DNA from: Roseibacillus sp.
GTDB taxonomy: Bacteria; Verrucomicrobiota; Verrucomicrobiia; Verrucomicrobiales; Akkermansiaceae
Length of the DNA: 64,000 nt
Assembly: GCA_965242925.1 (NCBI GenBank)
Contig: CBDEUM010000029.1
Span: 256,001 to 320,000 of the forward strand
Direction: 5' to 3'
The notes below the pieces were generated by a model. The model was given only the letters and a program-made list of their open reading frames with translations. It was not told where the DNA came from and did not search any database. The translations under genes and the position numbers were made by a program. Below are positions 58,985 to 64,000 of the stretch, piece by piece. Each line of letters starts with the position of its first letter. Position 1 is the stretch's first letter.

Positions 58985-60745
58985 ATGAGTAACGAAGCCG
59001 TCGCGGACGCGCCGATCAATGCTGAACTCGAGGCATTAATCGATTCGAAGTTCCGCGAATTCAGAGAGGGTTCCATTGTGAATGGAACAGTCCTCGACAT
59101 CCGTCCCCAGGTCGTGATTGTCGATATCGGTTACAAGTCGGAGGGCGTCATACCTGCCTCCGAGTTTGAGGACGATGAGATTGAGCAAGGGGACGAAGTG
59201 GAAGTCCTCCTGGAGCGCCTCGAGAACGATGAGGGCATGGTTGTCCTCTCGAAGGAAAAGGCCGCCCACAAGCAGAACTGGGACAAGATCGTCAAGGTGT
59301 TTGAAGACGGCGGCCTGGTGAAGGGCAAGGTCAAGAGCGTGGTGAAAGGTGGACTGATGGTGAACGTCGGGGTGGAGGCCTTTCTCCCGGGTTCCCAGGT
59401 CGACATCATCCCGCCCAAGGACCTCAACGAATTTCTGGGTAACATCTACGATTTCAAGATCGTCAAGGTCAACGACGAGCGGAAGAACATCGTGCTGAGT
59501 CGCCGCGAGGTGATCGAGGCCGAGCGTTCCGAGCGTCGCCAGCTCTTCCTGCAGACCGTCAAGGTCGGCGACAAGGTGAGCGGACAGGTGAAGAACATGA
59601 CCGACTTCGGCGCCTTTGTCGACCTCGAGGGCATGGACGGCCTCCTGCACATCACGGACATGAGCTGGGGTCGCATCAATCATCCCACCGAGATGCTGCG
59701 TATCGCCCAGGAGATCGAGGTGCAAATCCTCGATGTGGATCGCGAGAAGGAACGCGTCTCTCTTGGTCTCAAGCAGATGACCGACAACCCGTGGGAGGAC
59801 ATCGAGGGCAAGTTCCCGATTGGTTCCAATGTAAAGGGACGGGTTACCAAACTGCTCCCCTACGGGGCTTTCGTGGAACTGGAGCGAGGCGTGGAAGGCC
59901 TTGTGCACGTCTCCGAACTCTCCTGGGTCAAGCGGGTTACGCGCCCCAGCGATGTCCTGGAGTTGGACATGGAAATCGAAGCGGTGGTGCTGGGAATCAG
60001 CATCGAGGAGCAGAAGATTTCCCTCGGGGTGCGTCAACTGGAGCCCAATCCATGGGACGAGATCGAAGCACGCTACCCGGTGGGAACGAAGATCAACGGT
60101 GTGGTGCGCAACCTCACGGCCTACGGCGCTTTCGTGGGACTGGAGGAAGGGATCGACGGCATGATCCACGTTTCTGATCTCAGCTGGACCCGCAAGATCA
60201 ATCACCCGAGCGAAATCCTCAAGAAGAGCGACGAGATCGAGGCCATTGTGCTCACCATCGACAAGGAGAACCAGCGTGTTTCGCTGGGGACCAAGCAACT
60301 CGATACCGATCCGTGGTCCGACATCGATACCAAATTCAAGGTGGGCGATATCGTCAAGGGGACGGTGGCTAAGATCGCGAGCTTCGGGGCCTTTGTCAGC
60401 CTTGACGGTGACATCGACGGTCTGATTCACATCTCCCAGTTGAGTGAGGAGCACGTTGAGCGCGTGAAGGATATCCTCAAGGTGGCTGACGAAGTGGAGG
60501 CCCGCGTGATCAAGGTCGACAAGATCGAGCGCCGTATCGGCCTTTCCATCAAGGCGGTGGAATACAGTGAGGAGCAACTCCGGAAGGAGTCCCAGAGCTT
60601 CGAGACGCTGCGTCCCTCCAGCGACCTGGTGGGCCTGGAGCAGGCCTTCAACCTTGCAGCGGCTGCCACTGGTTCCGAAGAGGAAGAGTGGAGTCCGAGT
60701 GCGGAACCCGAGGCACCCTCCGAAGAGAAAGAGAAGAGCGAGTAA
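58985..60745 (+). CDS. rpsA: 30S ribosomal protein S1
   Basis: Six S1 repeats (DIGYKSEG, FLPGSQVD, FGAFVDL..DGLLHITDMSW). Confidence 0.98.
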   Translation: MSNEAVADAPINAELEALIDSKFREFREGSIVNGTVLDIRPQVVIVDIGYKSEGVIPASEFEDDEIEQGDEVEVLLERLENDEGMVVLSKEKAAHKQNWDKIVKVFEDGGLVKGKVKSVVKGGLMVNVGVEAFLPGSQVDIIPPKDLNEFLGNIYDFKIVKVNDERKNIVLSRREVIEAERSERRQLFLQTVKVGDKVSGQVKNMTDFGAFVDLEGMDGLLHITDMSWGRINHPTEMLRIAQEIEVQILDVDREKERVSLGLKQMTDNPWEDIEGKFPIGSNVKGRVTKLLPYGAFVELERGVEGLVHVSELSWVKRVTRPSDVLELDMEIEAVVLGISIEEQKISLGVRQLEPNPWDEIEARYPVGTKINGVVRNLTAYGAFVGLEEGIDGMIHVSDLSWTRKINHPSEILKKSDEIEAIVLTIDKENQRVSLGTKQLDTDPWSDIDTKFKVGDIVKGTVAKIASFGAFVSLDGDIDGLIHISQLSEEHVERVKDILKVADEVEARVIKVDKIERRIGLSIKAVEYSEEQLRKESQSFETLRPSSDLVGLEQAFNLAAAATGSEEEEWSPSAEPEAPSEEKEKSE

Positions 60746-60771
60746 GCGATTGCTTCCGTAAACCGCTTTAC

Positions 60772-60802
60772 ACGCTCCGGGGTTTTCCCCGGGGCGTTTT
60801 TC
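60772..60802 (+). terminator. rpsA intrinsic terminator
   Basis: ACGCTCCGGGG-TTTT-CCCCGGGGCGT followed by TTTT. Confidence 0.8.
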
Positions 60803-60891
60803 TTGGGAGCTCTTCGCGGATGGGAGCCGGGAGAATTCGGATGAATGCCTGCCCCCTGACGGGTGGCAGGGCAGGAAGTCAGGATGCGTTC

Positions 60892-61170
60892 CTAACCGTT
60901 GTCCTCGACCTTGGGCTTCTTGGCACGGCGCACGGCACCGAAGCGCTTCTGGAACTTGTCGATGCGCCCCTCGGTGTCGACGAACTGCTTCTGTCCCGTG
61001 AAGAACGGGTGGGAGTCAGCGGTGACACCTATTGAGATCACGTAGTGGTCCACTCCGTCGACCTTTTCGACGCGATCCGATTTGGCGGTCGACTGAGTGA
61101 CGTACTGCTTCCCGGTACTCATGTCCTGGAAGATGACCGGGTGGTATTCGGGGTGGAGATCCGCTTTCAT
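60892..61170 (-). CDS. rpmE2: 50S ribosomal protein L31 type B (no Zn-ligand Cys)
   Basis: MKADLHPEY.PVIFQD..SHPFFTGQKQFVDTEGRIDKFQKRF. Confidence 0.95.
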   Translation of the reverse strand: MKADLHPEYHPVIFQDMSTGKQYVTQSTAKSDRVEKVDGVDHYVISIGVTADSHPFFTGQKQFVDTEGRIDKFQKRFGAVRRAKKPKVEDNG

Positions 61171-61239
61171 GGGAATCAGCCGCGGGAGGCGGGCGGGGAG
61201 AATGCGCGATCTCCCGGAGGTGTCAAGAAATTGAGCCCG

Positions 61240-61953
61240 TCATTGGCGCTTTTGTTCGGGTTGAATGACGAGCAGACGTGGCCCTGCCCCCGACTTGGTG
61301 GTGCGGATGAGGACTGTGTCGCTTCCCCCGCTCAGATCGAAAACGATGGTCTCTGATCCCTGTAGCACGGTGGCGGGAAGGGGAATGTCGAATGTTCCTC
61401 CAGAGGGGGCCCCCCTGACGGCACCGATCATCTTTCCGCCGTAGTTGACCCGGATCGTACTTCGCGTTCCACCATGCGGGGCGGTGATCAGGCGAAGGAC
61501 GACCTGCTGATTCGCGGCAACTTTTGGAGTCGGTCCGAAGCGGCGGAACTGCAACCGCAGAGATCCTTCGCTGGTGGACAGGGAATCGACCGGGTAGTAG
61601 CCGCGCTCCTGGGCCTTGGAGGTAGTGAGTTTCTTGGAGCGGAATTCCTCCCAGGTGAGCGGGGTATGGGAGACGATCCCCCTTGAGGTGTCCCTGGACA
61701 GCAGGCCTCTCACATACTCCAGATCAGCGTTGGAGAGGGCGCCAAGAGGCACCTCGAATTCACGGCCCTTCCTGCCCCTGAGGTAGAGTGTGTCCAGGCT
61801 CGACCACTGGTACTCGGCCGTGAATGTCCGTCCGTCCGTGTAGTGCCAGACGCGCGCCTGTCCCGCCTCCAGTAGCGGGGAGGCGAACAGCATTACGAAG
61901 AGGAGAGTGTGGTTCAAGGGTGCCACTATCGTGTCCCAGGCAGGATCAATCAA
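61240..61953 (-). CDS. Exported hypothetical protein with an N-terminal SHD1-like domain
   Basis: RVW..TDGRTF.A..G.EFEVPL..LS.AD.EYV; start uncertain. Confidence 0.7.
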   Translation of the reverse strand: MIDPAWDTIVAPLNHTLLFVMLFASPLLEAGQARVWHYTDGRTFTAEYQWSSLDTLYLRGRKGREFEVPLGALSNADLEYVRGLLSRDTSRGIVSHTPLTWEEFRSKKLTTSKAQERGYYPVDSLSTSEGSLRLQFRRFGPTPKVAANQQVVLRLITAPHGGTRSTIRVNYGGKMIGAVRGAPSGGTFDIPLPATVLQGSETIVFDLSGGSDTVLIRTTKSGAGPRLLVIQPEQKRQ

Positions 61954-62854
61954 GGGTGCCGCTGACGGAAGTGACCGTATCCATGAAATTGTTGGCCCAA
62001 TTGTAGACGAAGTGGCGCCAGGTCAGTTCGGGCGAGGCTAGGCACAGGAGGGCGGAGAGCAGGAGCACATTGGAGAGGTAAATGAGGGAGAGAGAGAAGA
62101 AAGTGCCGTTTTCCTTCAGGTCGGGTTGATCGCGCGGGATGATCCAGAGGGTCCAGAGCAGGTGGAAGCTCCAGGTGGCGCCCATCGTGCCGAACAGGAT
62201 TTTCTCGTGATGAGGAAGGGACCCGATGAGGCCGATAATGGTCATGAGGATGAAGATCACCACGGACCAGAAGGGAATGAAGTAGGGTGAGAGCGCGATG
62301 AGAATGTTGGATTTGTTGGTGACGATGTGACCTCCGTCCAGGCTGACACGGAAGCCGCTCACGCGTCCGAGGCAGGCGTAAACGAAGATAACGTGGGTAA
62401 GTTCGTGTCCCAGGACGTAGAGGTAGAGGAAGCCCGGTTGGAAGAGCCGGGTGAAGAACCAGCCTACGTTGAGGATGAAGCCGACTGAAAAATAGAGGAA
62501 GGCGTTGGTACGCCAGAACTGCTGCCAGAAGGAAAGGCTGCTGCCGGTATCACCCAGGGCGTGGAGGTGGGGATTGAGGAGGGTGATAGTGGTGATGAAA
62601 CAGAGGGGGAGGAGAGCAAGGCCGGCCAGGATGCGGAGGGATCGGGTGGACCAGCCCAGCTGTTCCTGGGCATAATGGGAATCCGCGATTGCAGATTGCA
62701 CGGAGGTGAGCCCCCGGCGGCGCCACGAACGCTGGTTCGCACGTTGGCGGGCCCGCCGATCGGCTTCGCGCAGGGCCTCGCGCAGGGTGGGGCGCCTGAT
62801 ACGGCGATTCTCGCCCGTTCGTCGCAGATGGAGTTGTTTTCGACCTCTTGCCAC
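61946..62854 (-). CDS. Membrane metalloprotease-like protein (M50-like)
   Basis: HELTH motif in a hydrophobic context, IALSPYF, conserved-looking QPDL. Confidence 0.7.
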   Translation of the reverse strand: MARGRKQLHLRRTGENRRIRRPTLREALREADRRARQRANQRSWRRRGLTSVQSAIADSHYAQEQLGWSTRSLRILAGLALLPLCFITTITLLNPHLHALGDTGSSLSFWQQFWRTNAFLYFSVGFILNVGWFFTRLFQPGFLYLYVLGHELTHVIFVYACLGRVSGFRVSLDGGHIVTNKSNILIALSPYFIPFWSVVIFILMTIIGLIGSLPHHEKILFGTMGATWSFHLLWTLWIIPRDQPDLKENGTFFSLSLIYLSNVLLLSALLCLASPELTWRHFVYNWANNFMDTVTSVSGTLD

Positions 62855-63131
62855 GCAGGGAATGAGATAGAGGATATTTCGGAAAAGTTAAAGAGTTTTG
62901 GTAGAGTTTAAAGTGGGTATCCGGGGAACTCCGGGATGTGAAAACCGCTTGAGAGGAGTCGCAGGGGACTGTGGTGGCATATTCCTACCGCGGAGGTGGT
63001 TGGGTTGCTCTTCTCCTGGTGAGGAGAGATGGCGAGGGAGGGGAGCCCCCAAGGTGGGGATATTCGGTCCGATTTGGTTGACGCGAGTGCCCCGGGGGAT
63101 AGGAGTGGGGAGAAACCCTGCTCCTATCCCC

Positions 63132-64000
63132 ATGACGATGCACCCTCTGATTTCCGGTCCCCCGCTCACTCTTGTGCTCTCCCTGATGCTCACCGGCGGT
63201 GCAACTGCGCAGGTGCGCGGCAGCACGGTGCTTACGCTCTCGGATGCTCCTGACGTCAACATCCTGAACGTCACCCTTTCTGCCGTTGGTATCGAAGACG
63301 AGCAGGACAGTGTCCTCGGTGGAACGGTGAATGCCATCCTTGGGATCGATCCGGCGACGGACCAGGTTTCGGAGTTCACTCTGACATCGGGGGACCTGAC
63401 CGCAACCGACATGGACTTTTCCCTGCTCGGGGGGTTGATCGCTGACGTATCGCTCAGTGGCATCAAGGCCACCCTCGTGACCTCTTCGACCGGACTGGTT
63501 GACCCTGCGACTGGTCAGTTCGACGGCGCTCAGCATCAGGTTACCCTCCACCAGGGCGCCATTAGCGGGACGTCGATCGCTGGAGCGGTGGATGAGAACT
63601 TCTCGCAGAACCCCGTCTCCGGAGCAGGTTCCGGGACCGGGACGGTCACAATCACCCGGACGGCGACAGAGGGAAACATCGTGACCTACGATATCCTGGT
63701 GCTGCTGCCCCTGGATTTCAGCAACCCCCTTCAGGAGGGAGTTGATGTGGTGGTGGACGCAACGATCCAGATGGAAGGATCCATTGAAGTTCCGCTAGAC
63801 CCCTACCTGGGGTGGACGGAGGCGAATGGAATTCCGGAGGCTCCGTTTGAAGGGGACCACAATGGTGACGGAATCCCTAACGGATTGCTCTGGGCGCTTG
63901 GTTACAGCCCGAACGATCGCCCCGAGCTTTTCATTCCCGACCTGTTCTTTCCAGGCCAGGTGGATCTCTTGATCGATCCGGGCCCGGATGGCACCCGGGC
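63132..64000 (+). CDS. Secreted hypothetical protein, 3'-truncated by the window
   Basis: Open frame MTMHPLISG..ATAQ to the window end; acidic and beta-rich; Y..W..DHNGDGIPN..WALG motif. Confidence 0.75.
   Translation, partial: MTMHPLISGPPLTLVLSLMLTGGATAQVRGSTVLTLSDAPDVNILNVTLSAVGIEDEQDSVLGGTVNAILGIDPATDQVSEFTLTSGDLTATDMDFSLLGGLIADVSLSGIKATLVTSSTGLVDPATGQFDGAQHQVTLHQGAISGTSIAGAVDENFSQNPVSGAGSGTGTVTITRTATEGNIVTYDILVLLPLDFSNPLQEGVDVVVDATIQMEGSIEVPLDPYLGWTEANGIPEAPFEGDHNGDGIPNGLLWALGYSPNDRPELFIPDLFFPGQVDLLIDPGPDGTR

Overview
GC-rich bacterial chromosomal window. Gene content (PEP-CTERM protein, DUF1501 and DUF1549/DUF1553 genes, PVC-type CxxCH proteins, many sulfatases, CotH/lamin-tail protein) points to a Verrucomicrobiota/PVC genome; this assignment is inference. 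1-19 kb is mostly core: a probable 6S-like RNA at the left edge, a PhnCDE-like ABC importer, queG, aroK, sua5, an unusually long murJ, an ABC exporter, an M42 peptidase and a MoxR-DUF58-transglutaminase operon. 19.5-58.5 kb is accessory: heme A synthase plus pentaheme cytochrome cluster, tRNA-Pro, five sulfatases, a broken ankyrin gene, a DUF1501/PSD1 module, a SAM-I/IV-like riboswitch driving a 77-aa orphan protein, a three-part chimeric relic, a CotH protein, and three surface-protein genes sharing a ~160-aa domain I do not recognise, one copy circularly permuted. The right end is core again: tRNA-Arg, rpsA, type-B rpmE. I saw no CRISPR array, integrase or transposase. All calls are by eye from sequence motifs; no searches were run.
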